From IMG/VR virus record IMGVR_UViG_3300035680_001736: a stretch of DNA of 64,000 nt. One strand, written 5' to 3'. The position numbers and the translations under genes are program-made. Positions 21,001-29,959 of this stretch are shown in pieces (positions within the stretch are counted from its first letter, which is position 1; each line of letters opens with the position of its first letter). The notes beneath the pieces were generated by a model, which was not told the DNA's origin, made no database searches, and saw nothing but the letters and a program-made list of their open reading frames with translations. This stretch comes from an uncultured virus (IMG/VR IMGVR_UViG_3300035680_001736). Lineage: Duplodnaviria; Heunggongvirae; Uroviricota; Caudoviricetes.

Positions 21001-21712
21001 TAGTACCTATTGTATCGCCAGAAACTCTCATACTTGTGTTACCTGTTATACCAATAATTTCATAATAACTAGGGTCGGCATTAGGTATATAAACAACATC
21101 ACCAACGGTTAACGCAGTAAAAGATGTGCTAGTACCACTAACAATACCATTATTAAATAATTCTATAGTACCATTTAAACGTAGTCCTTCTCTATAGGTA
21201 TACAAACGATATCTTTTGAATAAAATCGTTCTATGGTCATAATCTGTTCTGTTATTGAACTCATCAATTCTTTCAGTAATTCTACCATAAGAAGTTCCTG
21301 AGGTAACCTCTGTCATATTCCACGTCCAATCATATTGAATTCTATCATTTGGATATAATGGTTGATAAGCCGTAGTACTAATTGTGTTTGCACTTGTTGC
21401 AAAAACTACAATAGGTTCAACATCTGATTGTTTATAATTACCAGTGGTGATTGGAGCACCATTAACATTAAAATCAGGTTGGTCATAACAAGTTCTAAAG
21501 TCGGTTATGATATAATAACTTCCTGTGTTTAATGTCTCACCAGTAATTTTATCAACAAGTTCAGAGTAAGTTACCTCAACTGTTGAGTTAGAAGTTATTG
21601 ATGAGAACTCAATATGATACGTTGCATCATTATATTCAACCGGAATTAAAGTATCCGCAGTTGGAGTTCCTAATAAGGTTAATTGGCCTATGGTTTTTCC
21701 TGTTAGTGACAT
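18062..21712 (-). CDS. Beta-helix repeat tail fibre/spike-like protein
   Basis: Dozens of ~11-aa NxIGxxFxxN repeats; N-terminal KTIGQL fibre-type motif. Confidence 0.75.
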   Translation of the reverse strand: MSLTGKTIGQLTLLGTPTADTLIPVEYNDATYHIEFSSITSNSTVEVTYSELVDKITGETLNTGSYYIITDFRTCYDQPDFNVNGAPITTGNYKQSDVEPIVVFATSANTISTTAYQPLYPNDRIQYDWTWNMTEVTSGTSYGRITERIDEFNNRTDYDHRTILFKRYRLYTYREGLRLNGTIELFNNGIVSGTSTSFTALTVGDVVYIPNADPSYYEIIGITGNTSMRVSGDTIGTTGTGSTFYLAVDENNDGGGYFSYKRTNVKTNDFIEYTTFGDAIDESFAKNNYIGNFANIHTNIDPPYTFLLANNVFIEGHYLSNKFGDWCFNNTFGTDNENNIWGDWCYQNVSTNDIDFNIIGHYFHDNLINTNLTSNNIGNNFNNNQLLGENSEDFEDNIIGNGFNNNIIYSRFYKNEILDNFNDNVIGDFGNLDDYEFYRNYIRNNFNQNIIRDDFQNNQIGSNFNNNTINGEFIGNTILNGFNNNQTGDYFALNNIGNGYNNNNVYDNFRNNSTDYYFYNNIISNNFNENNVGIDFQDNRPYNYTLFGWNNLSTVSTRNYELFYDAIDTDFNDKVLGKEFVMKIISTSQYFKIKFTQWTSGNGGGFQYERQEIDFSGSPIGNSITFNKTNGGSEVDIIVEGVVEITRGDSDGIYNIATEGSWNSGVSPQDTEWNSIYTQTNNGNNFRNNVIGNNFEDNIIGDNFEDNQIGFDFQNNEIINDFNKNEIASGFNNNSISGETSTNRIGEQFENNTIYGDFYDNQIFNEFKGNITYESFYKNRLDWGFGGNQISGYCGENTFGPMIDSNDFLGDVYQNTFKGGVFSNTIGNNFANNNIGVGFSGNIIGEGFGNGYNAPQGNTIGNYFYDNTIGEYFYNNTIADNFHDNEVGNYFQWNVINTNIDTTYFTLNYGNITGFSYTAAGTGATNNTYSGIQACGTTQSMGVDASFNVEVSGGTVIGVSGNSEGRLYQNNDELTILGTQIGGVTGVIDGFSSDAVGKSGTTGTYDNVFAQGTGAGENGSFNIIVVDDLVDSISLSGGGSSYLIGDVLTIDGSVFGGVDGVDDITITVSSIYSDDIVITVTGTTSGSSFYQHYTKQIFERRLGDKRVSFYDEDDILNVDSVYEILGYIPGYSQPISFPLNNSSFEFECDGNYTNNGATSGFNSDNAQELVSYFNSNYRSFGYFFDNNDGTIGLYINPPLKQQYCPSGTYSIYVFND

Positions 21713-21752
21713 GTTTTTTATTTTATAAATATCATTAGTTTATTATGTTGTT

Positions 21753-24700
21753 TTAACAAGTTCCAGAAAATGTTAATGGGAAATCACAATCAAATGAAAC
21801 CCCACCACCAGGTCCTGTAAATACGTATGTATAAGTTCCGTCTGAAGATACAATTCCAACAAAACTTGTTGCCCCAATATTATCTGTTATAACATCATTC
21901 ACTTGTATTTGTAAAGTTTCTGAAGTCTGAGTTAATTGAAGTGTATTACTGTTTATACTAGTTGCCCCATTCCATAATGTTGGAACAACTATTTGACGAA
22001 CACAATTTGGGGTTAATGACGGAGTTGGGGTTATTGTTGTAGTTGGAGTTATTGATGGAGTTATCGTAGGTGTAGGTGTTGGAATCTCTTCATATTGAGG
22101 GGTAATACTCGAGCCACCTGTAAAATTCATTGAAAAAGTCCAAGTGTTTCCTGACAAGAACTCAAATGAAACACCGCCAATACTACCCCATCCAGTTAAT
22201 ATATATCCTGGAGACGGTACCCCATCAATAAGATAAGGAGTATTAATTAAAATGTTTACAGTAGTATTTGCCGTATAAGTTATTCCTTCAAATATAACTG
22301 ACTCACCTCCACTCATTGATTGAATGTTTATGGTAAGAGGATATAATGGTTCTGATGGACTTGGGGTTGGTGTGGGTGTTGGTGTTTCAGTATTTGTAGG
22401 GGTCTGGGTTACAGTTGGAGTTGTTGTAGGTGTTACACAATTATAATAATAATATTCTGCAATAATTCCTGATGAATTTCCTGGTGGCAAAGGAGACCAA
22501 GTTCCTGTCCCTAATTGAGAGGTATTCCAAGCAACATTTCCAGCAGGTCCTGAATTGACATACCATGCATCCCCACCAAAAAATATAACGCCAGTTCCGC
22601 TCAATTGAGTAAAAACTGATGAAGAGTTATTTCTTGCATAAGTTCCATTAGTGGCGACATATGAACCATTAGAAATAATGATAGTATTAATAAATGGTAT
22701 ACAAGTAGGGGTTGGTGTTTGAGTAAACGTTGGGGTTGGAGTATTACTTGGGGGTGGTATTGGTGATGGGTTAATATATTTTAAATAAAGGGAATTGCCA
22801 ACAATTATATATTCATCATTATCCGTTAGTATCGGATTATCTAAAACTTCAGGGTCAATGAATTTCAAGTAAAACCCATTTCCAACATCGATGTATTCAA
22901 CTTCATTAGTTATTATCGCATCTGTTATAACCTGCTCAGGGGTTGGTGTGAATGTTGGGGTAGGAGTTGGAGTTTCAGTATTTGTTGGGGTAGGAGTTGG
23001 AGTTTCAGTTTGTGTTGGAGTTGTGGTAGGAGTAACCGGTGGAGTTGGTGTTGGGGTAGGTGATAAAAATATAACATCAGAAACAACATCAAAATTTGAT
23101 ATAATTGTTTTTGGGAACACCTCGACATTAAGGTAATATCCCGTTCCATCCAAATCATTAAAGTTTTCATTTAAAGTTTCATATGTAACTCCTGAAATTC
23201 CAAAAGGAGGTATAATAACTTTACTATCAATCTCATAATGACCACCATTCTTTCTATTAAGAATATTTCTAAAACTTACTTGTATTTCATCTTTATATGG
23301 TAATCCTGATGTTAAAACATACTGAGCATTTATTGAACCTTCACTAATAAAACCTGATAATAATAAATCTACTTCAATACCAAATACAATGTCACAAGCC
23401 GGCTTAGGGTTAAATGTTAAATTTTCTCTCAATCCTTGTGTTCCACCACCCCATGATACGTTAAATGGAACCCCGACTTGTTTTTCTTTATCGGTATTAA
23501 GAGCTCTTGGTATTATCTCTTCAAAATCCTCAATGGTGTAAAAGAGTTTACCATTAATATAGATTTTTAACCTACCTTTTCTAAAATTTTCTTCAAGTAA
23601 CCATTTTTCGTTTAAACTTACAATATCAATTTCTAAAGTGGACTTAGGGTCCATTCTTGTATGAGAAGAATCAATTAAAGAAACCGAATTGTTTGCCAGT
23701 GATTCTAAATAAACCTTTTTTGTAATATCTCCCAATCCTCCTCTATACCATAAATCACAAGTATCTAACCATGTATATCTTTCCCAAACCGCATCAAGTT
23801 GGAACCAATGTTCTTGTTCTATGAACGAATAATTTATATTTTGACAATATTCATATATTGGTGGTGTGCAGTAATCTAATATCGTATAACCTGTGGTATA
23901 TGTAATTCCTGAAGTTTCGCAAGAACCCGTTGTCTCACATCCCCCTGTAAATTTAATTGCTCTTATTCCAATACCCGGATTTTTTGGGTCTCCACAAAGT
24001 CTAAATGAAATATTGTTTGATAACACATCCATTTTTGGGTCAACTTCACAAGTATTTTCAATCGATGAAAATCCTGTATAAACACAATCAACACAATCTG
24101 TACAGTTTGAACATGTATTACATGTTGGGGTACAAACTGGAGGTAATATACAATTACTTAGGGTTGAGGTTGGTGTTGGGGTGGGAGTTGGTGTAACTTC
24201 TACTATAACCGCACATTCGTGAATTTGACATTCCCATCCACATGTTGCACATGCGATTTTATCGCAACCACATCCACATGTTGCTTGGGTCATTTTATCC
24301 GAACCACATTTGTCACATCCATAATTAACGTGGGTATCGTGAACTCCATTTTTAGAACGTGGTGGATAAACATATATACATCTACTATTTGTTACAGTTC
24401 TGTTACAACAAGCACAAGTTGATATTCCGGTTAAAGGTGATGTAAATCTTGTATAACCTGTAAAACAATTTGGGGTTCCGTCAGCGTGGTGGTAGAATTT
24501 ATTTTCTGCTCTTGTCCCTAAATAAAAGAATGTATTTGCATTCTCAGGATATAATAAGTTTAGTGTTGTTTCGTTAGGTCCGGGGAAATATTCACTAACT
24601 AATCTAGGTTTTAATAATAACTCTATTGTCCAACCCTTATTTACTCTTTCAGGGAAAATATCATAATCATAATCAAATAACCGATAAAAACCTTGATAGA

Positions 24701-25268
24701 AACCACCATACAATTCGTGATATAATCCTTCGGTTTGACCGTATTTACTTACAACTTCATATAAAACAGTATTTGGAAACCCTGAAAATCTAACATTTGG
24801 TGAGTTGGTATTAGCGGTTACTTGAAATAACTTTAATCTTCTATCAAAATATAATCTTTCAAATTTTAATCCGTCTGAAAATAAACCCTTTGTAAATGTA
24901 ATTGAATATCCTGTCATTCCCGTAACGAGTCCATTATCGATACCCGTTAACCCAATATCACAAGATGTCTGAGCAGAATAACAAGTTAAATCCTCATTAT
25001 TTATGTTATAATAATTTTCAGAAACAAAAATATTATTTCTGTTATACTCTTTATAATTTAAAGTAAATTTTTGGTTAGTTATTGAACTATTAATATCAAA
25101 ATAGAATGGAAGTCTATTACCATAAGTTTGGGCAATCAAATACGGAGAAAACACTACCTCCATATTAAAACCTCTTTCATCAGAGGTTAAAGACATATCA
25201 TAACTCTCTAACGCTAACTTCGGATTTAAATTTGGGTAAACGTATTGATTAATATTCTGACCCGCCAT
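21753..25268 (-). CDS. Virion structural protein with an incomplete LamG/ConA-like domain, a Cys-rich insert and TP linkers
   Basis: GWTIELLLKP...HWFQLDAVW...LKIYINGKL...FNVSWGGG matches the LamG pattern but lacks its last strands. Confidence 0.7.
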   Translation of the reverse strand: MAGQNINQYVYPNLNPKLALESYDMSLTSDERGFNMEVVFSPYLIAQTYGNRLPFYFDINSSITNQKFTLNYKEYNRNNIFVSENYYNINNEDLTCYSAQTSCDIGLTGIDNGLVTGMTGYSITFTKGLFSDGLKFERLYFDRRLKLFQVTANTNSPNVRFSGFPNTVLYEVVSKYGQTEGLYHELYGGFYQGFYRLFDYDYDIFPERVNKGWTIELLLKPRLVSEYFPGPNETTLNLLYPENANTFFYLGTRAENKFYHHADGTPNCFTGYTRFTSPLTGISTCACCNRTVTNSRCIYVYPPRSKNGVHDTHVNYGCDKCGSDKMTQATCGCGCDKIACATCGWECQIHECAVIVEVTPTPTPTPTSTLSNCILPPVCTPTCNTCSNCTDCVDCVYTGFSSIENTCEVDPKMDVLSNNISFRLCGDPKNPGIGIRAIKFTGGCETTGSCETSGITYTTGYTILDYCTPPIYEYCQNINYSFIEQEHWFQLDAVWERYTWLDTCDLWYRGGLGDITKKVYLESLANNSVSLIDSSHTRMDPKSTLEIDIVSLNEKWLLEENFRKGRLKIYINGKLFYTIEDFEEIIPRALNTDKEKQVGVPFNVSWGGGTQGLRENLTFNPKPACDIVFGIEVDLLLSGFISEGSINAQYVLTSGLPYKDEIQVSFRNILNRKNGGHYEIDSKVIIPPFGISGVTYETLNENFNDLDGTGYYLNVEVFPKTIISNFDVVSDVIFLSPTPTPTPPVTPTTTPTQTETPTPTPTNTETPTPTPTFTPTPEQVITDAIITNEVEYIDVGNGFYLKFIDPEVLDNPILTDNDEYIIVGNSLYLKYINPSPIPPPSNTPTPTFTQTPTPTCIPFINTIIISNGSYVATNGTYARNNSSSVFTQLSGTGVIFFGGDAWYVNSGPAGNVAWNTSQLGTGTWSPLPPGNSSGIIAEYYYYNCVTPTTTPTVTQTPTNTETPTPTPTPSPSEPLYPLTINIQSMSGGESVIFEGITYTANTTVNILINTPYLIDGVPSPGYILTGWGSIGGVSFEFLSGNTWTFSMNFTGGSSITPQYEEIPTPTPTITPSITPTTTITPTPSLTPNCVRQIVVPTLWNGATSINSNTLQLTQTSETLQIQVNDVITDNIGATSFVGIVSSDGTYTYVFTGPGGGVSFDCDFPLTFSGTC

Positions 25269-25279
25269 TCTTTTTTATT

Positions 25280-25308
25280 GATAAATACATTGTAACGAAG
25301 TATTTATT
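25280..25308. promoter_or_regulatory. Divergent pair of TATTTAT motifs (candidate phage late promoters)
   Basis: ataaatac-N11-gtatttat inverted repeat between the divergent starts at 25268(-) and 25319(+). Confidence 0.6.
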
Positions 25309-25318
25309 GTAAAAAGAT

Positions 25319-26152
25319 ATGATTAATTACAATACCGAATATTTTAGTAATGGTCGTTATTTCTTCTTGAAAGATAGAGGAGAGACAATTTCTTTATATT
25401 ATACAATCGCAGAAACTTTAACAGAATCACGAAAAAAAGATGAAAAAAAAGTGTTTAATAAAAAACATGAAAATAAGTTGAAAAAAACTATCGAGAAAAT
25501 TTTAAACTCAAGACAAAAATTGAGTAAAAAAAATGTAGATAATGCTTTAAAATCAATTGAGAAAGATGGTGAGATTGATGAGATAATTGATGCAGATGGA
25601 ACAATGTTAGGTTCTAAGATACCACCACTAGATATGACATTACATCCAAGAAAAACTTTGGACCAAACAATTGGTATGTCAAGAGTAACCAATGACCCTG
25701 TAACAAGAGGTTATCGTGTATATTATGGAGAAAGTGAAGAAAAGGATGACAATGTTGTTTCTGAGGTGAATATGGAAGACGCTTTTGGATATGAAGAAAC
25801 AAAAGACAAAGATTATCAAGGAACAGTGAACACTTTAAAAGATATGGGAGTTGATAATCCCGTAGAGAGAACAAAACAATTTGGAAAGTTAAAAGACGTT
25901 AAAAGAAAGAACGGCAAATTAAAACAAAGAATTGTTGAGAAAGAAAAGTTGTCAGAGGTACAAAAACAAAAAATGGTTAAAATGGTTGAGGACATTATTA
26001 CCAAAAAATCCAAGGATGACTCTGAGGTGGTAGGTAAAGATTCTTCACTTAGCAAAATTTTAATGAATAATTTAAAATCCATTAAAAAATTGGCGGAAAA
26101 AGAAGGTATTAGTTTAACACAATTAATGAAGGCGTTAAAGAATCATGAATAA
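25319..26152 (+). CDS. Hypothetical (putative head-associated) protein
   Basis: 277-aa charged ORF preceded by the TATTTAT motif. Confidence 0.7.
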   Translation: MINYNTEYFSNGRYFFLKDRGETISLYYTIAETLTESRKKDEKKVFNKKHENKLKKTIEKILNSRQKLSKKNVDNALKSIEKDGEIDEIIDADGTMLGSKIPPLDMTLHPRKTLDQTIGMSRVTNDPVTRGYRVYYGESEEKDDNVVSEVNMEDAFGYEETKDKDYQGTVNTLKDMGVDNPVERTKQFGKLKDVKRKNGKLKQRIVEKEKLSEVQKQKMVKMVEDIITKKSKDDSEVVGKDSSLSKILMNNLKSIKKLAEKEGISLTQLMKALKNHE

Positions 26153-26615
26153 GGATTTATACGGACATAAAGTACCACTACCTGAAGACGTGGTTGGTTA
26201 CCTTGAACAATGTTACGGGGCGGCAGAAGGCGCAAATGAAACAACCGAAGGATATCGTAGAAATATTGAATTAAGGGATTCAAAAGAAGTTACATACCAA
26301 CAATTAAAAAGAATGAAAAACTTCTTCGATAATTTTAGTGGTCGAGAAAATGACTTACCTTTTATATTAAACGGAGGTCATTATGTTAAAGAATGGGTAA
26401 ATAGAACTTTAGGTTCAATGAGAACTGATGTTGATTTGGGAAAAAAAGTAAAATCTGAAGTTTTACCAAATCAATACATACAAACACATGAAAAAGATGG
26501 TTTGAATAGTTCAAACAGACCTAGTAAAAGTCACAAATCAAATGTTGAATTTTATGATTTGGAAGTTACCGAGAGTCTAAAAAGAATAAACGATTTAATA
26601 AAAAAAATAATTTAA
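26145..26615 (+). CDS. Hypothetical phage protein
   Basis: TYQQLKRMKNFFD...NGG...WV pattern; C-terminal VTESLKRINDLIKKII tag. Confidence 0.7.
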   Translation: MNKDLYGHKVPLPEDVVGYLEQCYGAAEGANETTEGYRRNIELRDSKEVTYQQLKRMKNFFDNFSGRENDLPFILNGGHYVKEWVNRTLGSMRTDVDLGKKVKSEVLPNQYIQTHEKDGLNSSNRPSKSHKSNVEFYDLEVTESLKRINDLIKKII

Positions 26616-26619
26616 AGTT

Positions 26620-26913
26620 ATGGCACAAGTAGAACCTTTAGTTTTTGAACAACCAAATAATGAGTTGTCATCAATTGCGGATATCGAAAGAAAAAAATTA
26701 TTAACAAAAAATGATTTTAATAAACAATATGAATATTCTTCAGTAAATCCTGACGCTTTAGCTGACGGTGACGAACAAGGTAAAGGTACCGGTGTATTCT
26801 TAGATGTTTATAATCAACAAGCCGGAGCAATTCAAGACATAGTTGAAAGAAAGGCGGAAATAAAGGTTAATGAATATCAACCAAATAATCCATACACGAC
26901 TCCATCGGCGTAA
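26620..26913 (+). CDS. Hypothetical protein
   Basis: 97-aa ORF, coupled to the next gene by a TAATG overlap. Confidence 0.7.
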   Translation: MAQVEPLVFEQPNNELSSIADIERKKLLTKNDFNKQYEYSSVNPDALADGDEQGKGTGVFLDVYNQQAGAIQDIVERKAEIKVNEYQPNNPYTTPSA

Positions 26914-27314
26914 TGAAACTTTACAACGTTGCAAAGTCTCTTATTTTAGAAATAGCGTCAATTGACTCTATTGTTGATGCTATTAACAAAAGAAATAAGA
27001 TTATAATCTACTATGATGGTGATGAACCAGGTGGTAGAGGTCTTAGAGAGATTGAACCTGTTTGTTTTGGTTATAGTAAGGCGGATAACCCCGTATTAAG
27101 AGCGTGGGATTATCAAGGAGCCTCACATACCGCGTATAAAGGAGAACAACCTTTACCTGGTTGGAGGTTATTCAGAGTTGACAAGATTCTATCCTTTAAA
27201 CCAACAAACGAAAAGTTCAATACTCCAAGACCAAATTATAATCCAAATGGAGATAAAAGTATGGTAAGAGTTATTGTTAACGCAAGATTTGATAATAGTG
27301 AATTTACCCAATAA
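26913..27314 (+). CDS. Stand-alone WYL-domain protein
   Basis: IIIYY...REIEP...VLRAW...WRLFRVDKI matches the WYL signature (RxxxP...RxFRxDRI). Confidence 0.8.
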   Translation: MKLYNVAKSLILEIASIDSIVDAINKRNKIIIYYDGDEPGGRGLREIEPVCFGYSKADNPVLRAWDYQGASHTAYKGEQPLPGWRLFRVDKILSFKPTNEKFNTPRPNYNPNGDKSMVRVIVNARFDNSEFTQ

Positions 27315-27323
27315 GTTTAATTT

Positions 27324-27923
27324 ATGACAAACGAGAACGACTTAATACAAAAATTGATGATTTCCAAAAAGATAATGGAAAAACACAATGCAATACCACG
27401 TAGAGCAGATGCCTTACCTGATATTAATACTCCCACGGTAGAGTCGTATGACGCTCCAGCCGCCAAATATAACTTACCACAAGAATTAGTTCAAGAGAGT
27501 ACGTATCAATCAAAACCACAACAACCTGTTACCCAAGATAAAATTTTATCGTCTAAATTACCCGATGAAATTAAGAAGTTAATGATTGAGCATCCAATTG
27601 CTCAACCAAATGGACCAACAGGTCCAACATTATCAAATGAACTTGTGGATAAGGCGGCTCGTCTTATGAGTATAGGTTCTGACGGTAATGGATATCAAGG
27701 TAAGGGTATTGTTAAAGAAACAACATCTCAAAGACAATCTCAAGGACAAAATGTTTTAGACAACCAAAATCTTAGAAGTTTGTTAAAGGAAGTTGTTAAA
27801 GAAGTATTATCTGAAAATGGTATGATAACAGAATCAACCTCAAAAACAAATGACACATTCTCATTTAAAGTGGGGAAACATATATTCGAAGGAAAGGTCA
27901 CGAAAGTGAAAAAAATACAGTAG
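27324..27923 (+). CDS. Hypothetical phage protein
   Basis: 199-aa ORF; LRSLLKEVVKEVLSE tag; C-terminal FKVGKHIFEGKV. Confidence 0.7.
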   Translation: MTNENDLIQKLMISKKIMEKHNAIPRRADALPDINTPTVESYDAPAAKYNLPQELVQESTYQSKPQQPVTQDKILSSKLPDEIKKLMIEHPIAQPNGPTGPTLSNELVDKAARLMSIGSDGNGYQGKGIVKETTSQRQSQGQNVLDNQNLRSLLKEVVKEVLSENGMITESTSKTNDTFSFKVGKHIFEGKVTKVKKIQ

Positions 27924-27928
27924 TATTT

Positions 27929-27956
27929 AACCCTCACAAATGTGGGGGTTTTTTAT
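27929..27956 (+). terminator. Intrinsic terminator
   Basis: aaccctcaca-aa-tgtgggggtt hairpin followed by a T run, just after the 27923 stop. Confidence 0.75.
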
Positions 27957-27965
27957 TTATCATAG

Positions 27966-27994
27966 TTGATAAAATATAATTTTGGTCGTATACT
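27966..27994 (+). promoter_or_regulatory. Candidate host-RNAP promoter of the glycosylation operon
   Basis: TTGATA-N17-TATACT; also contains TAATTTTG (Bacteroidota -7-like); ATG at 28014. Confidence 0.5.
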
Positions 27995-28013
27995 TTCATT
28001 ATTATTTTTAATT

Positions 28014-29234
28014 ATGAAAGAAAAAATCAAAGTATTAGTTCTCCCATCGGACCGTACCGGCGTCGGAAAATTTCGTTCTCTAGACCCCCATGTCATGTTA
28101 CAAAATCTTTATCCTGATGATTTCCATGTGGATATTGATTATGAACCAAAAATAAATGATGTTAACTATTGGAAACAATACCAAATAGTTCACGCTCACA
28201 GAAGTATTGGACAAAACTATGATATTGTACCTCAACTTATCAAACAACTTAAATCATTAGGTATTGTAGTTGTAGTCGACATTGACGATTATTGGTTACC
28301 CACAAGAGAACACCCGATTCATCAATTAATTGTAAATCATAAATTAAACGAAAAGATTGTTGCAAATTTACGGGAGGCAAGTTATGTCACTACTACTACA
28401 ACAATTTTTGCGGATGAAATTAAGAAAATAAACAAAAATGTCATTATTTTTCCAAACGCTATCGACCCAACCGAACCTCAATTTAAACAACCAACCTTAG
28501 AATCAGAAAGAATTAGAGTTGGTTGGCTCGGAGGTTCATCTCACCTTCATGATTTGTTGTTACTCGATGGAATGGTTGAAAAGAACGGAAAGGAAATCAA
28601 CGATAAAATTCAATATGTGATTTGTGGTTTTGATACTCGTGGTACTATGACGGAAATTAATCCAAAAACAGGAGAAGAAAAACGTAGAGACATACTTCCT
28701 CATGAAACCGTTTGGGTTAGATATGAAGAAATTTTTACAAACAATTATGCAGTTGTTGGTGACGAGTATAAGAAATTTTTGATGGAATTTAAAGATGTTG
28801 AATTCCCAAATGAAACTAGTTTACCATATCGTAGAGTTTGGACAAAACCTGTAACTACATACGCAATGAACTACTCTAAGTTGGATATTTCATTGGCCCC
28901 AATTAAGAACCATATCTTTAACAGAATGAAATCTCAATTGAAGGTTATTGAGGCAGGTTTTTATAAGAAGGCACTTATTGCTTCCGAAATTGGTCCATAC
29001 ACTATTGATTTAAAACATAGTTTAAATAATGGTAACTTTGTTGATGGGAACGCCTTATTAGTTGACGAACACAAAAATCACAGTGATTGGTCAAAATACG
29101 TTAAAAAACTCATTCAAAATCCAAATATGATAACCGATATGGGTGAGCGTCTTTATGAAACTGTTAAAGACACTTATGATTTGAGAAATGTTACAAAAAA
29201 TAGAGCAGAATGGTATAAAACTTTGGTACAATGA
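28014..29234 (+). CDS. GT-B fold glycosyltransferase
   Basis: VVVDIDDYW, RVGWLGGSSH, DISLAP...FN..KSQLKVIEAG..KALIAS; start moved to ATG 28014. Confidence 0.85.
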   Translation: MKEKIKVLVLPSDRTGVGKFRSLDPHVMLQNLYPDDFHVDIDYEPKINDVNYWKQYQIVHAHRSIGQNYDIVPQLIKQLKSLGIVVVVDIDDYWLPTREHPIHQLIVNHKLNEKIVANLREASYVTTTTTIFADEIKKINKNVIIFPNAIDPTEPQFKQPTLESERIRVGWLGGSSHLHDLLLLDGMVEKNGKEINDKIQYVICGFDTRGTMTEINPKTGEEKRRDILPHETVWVRYEEIFTNNYAVVGDEYKKFLMEFKDVEFPNETSLPYRRVWTKPVTTYAMNYSKLDISLAPIKNHIFNRMKSQLKVIEAGFYKKALIASEIGPYTIDLKHSLNNGNFVDGNALLVDEHKNHSDWSKYVKKLIQNPNMITDMGERLYETVKDTYDLRNVTKNRAEWYKTLVQ

Positions 29235-29959
29235 TAAAAATCCCTATCACCAAAATATTATTCATTGATATTGAAACGGTTGGGGGATGTCCTGATTTCA
29301 CTACATGTCAGGCATTAAATCCTAAAGTAGCAACTCAATTTATAAATTACTATGATTGGTTTTTAAAAAGATTTCCTGAAGATGATAATACGGTAAGTAA
29401 TATAGAACAGGAGGAAAAAAAACGAGATAGAATATTCGCAAAAAGAGCTGCTTTAGTTCCCGAATTTGCAAAGATTATTTGTGTTAGTGTTGCGTTTGTT
29501 ACAGATAAAGATGAAACAAAAATGCAAACATTTTCAGGTGACGATGAATTGGAACTATTGAAAGATGTTCAAAAATTATTGGACAGATGTGGTAAATTGG
29601 ATTTTCACTTATGTGGTCATAATCTTAAAAATTTTGATATACCCATGTTAGCGAAACGTATGGTTATCAATGGTCTAATGCCTCCATCAATTCTACCTTC
29701 ATATGACACAAAACCTTGGGAAATTAAAGCAATCGATACTAAAGAGATATGGCAATACGGAGCATATAGTTCAATAGGGTCATTAGATTTACTTTGTTCT
29801 TGTATGGATATACCAACATCAAAGGAAGGTGAAATAACGGGAGATATGGTTCATGATTCATATTGGGTTGATAGAAAGTTAAAAGAAATTAGTGAATATT
29901 GTGAACGTGATGTTCAAGTATTAATTGATATTATAAAAAAATTAAAAGAATTACAATGA
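29231..29959 (+). CDS. PolB-related 3'-5' exonuclease (DEDD/RNase H-like)
   Basis: FIDIET, GHNLKNFDIP, IDT, YCERDV motifs. Confidence 0.85.
   Translation: MIKIPITKILFIDIETVGGCPDFTTCQALNPKVATQFINYYDWFLKRFPEDDNTVSNIEQEEKKRDRIFAKRAALVPEFAKIICVSVAFVTDKDETKMQTFSGDDELELLKDVQKLLDRCGKLDFHLCGHNLKNFDIPMLAKRMVINGLMPPSILPSYDTKPWEIKAIDTKEIWQYGAYSSIGSLDLLCSCMDIPTSKEGEITGDMVHDSYWVDRKLKEISEYCERDVQVLIDIIKKLKELQ

Noticed and set aside
1..25268. Eukaryotic or NCLDV origin suggested by mucin, ADAM-like and LRR domains
   Set aside because: Overlap-coupled operons, intrinsic terminators, PhoH, a sigma-like gene, a baseplate spike and PG-binding motifs indicate a bacteriophage
27966..28013. Extended N-termini in the ORF track (also 44830, 46642, 47820, 49123)
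   Set aside because: These overlap promoter-like sequence or use weak starts; downstream ATGs fit better
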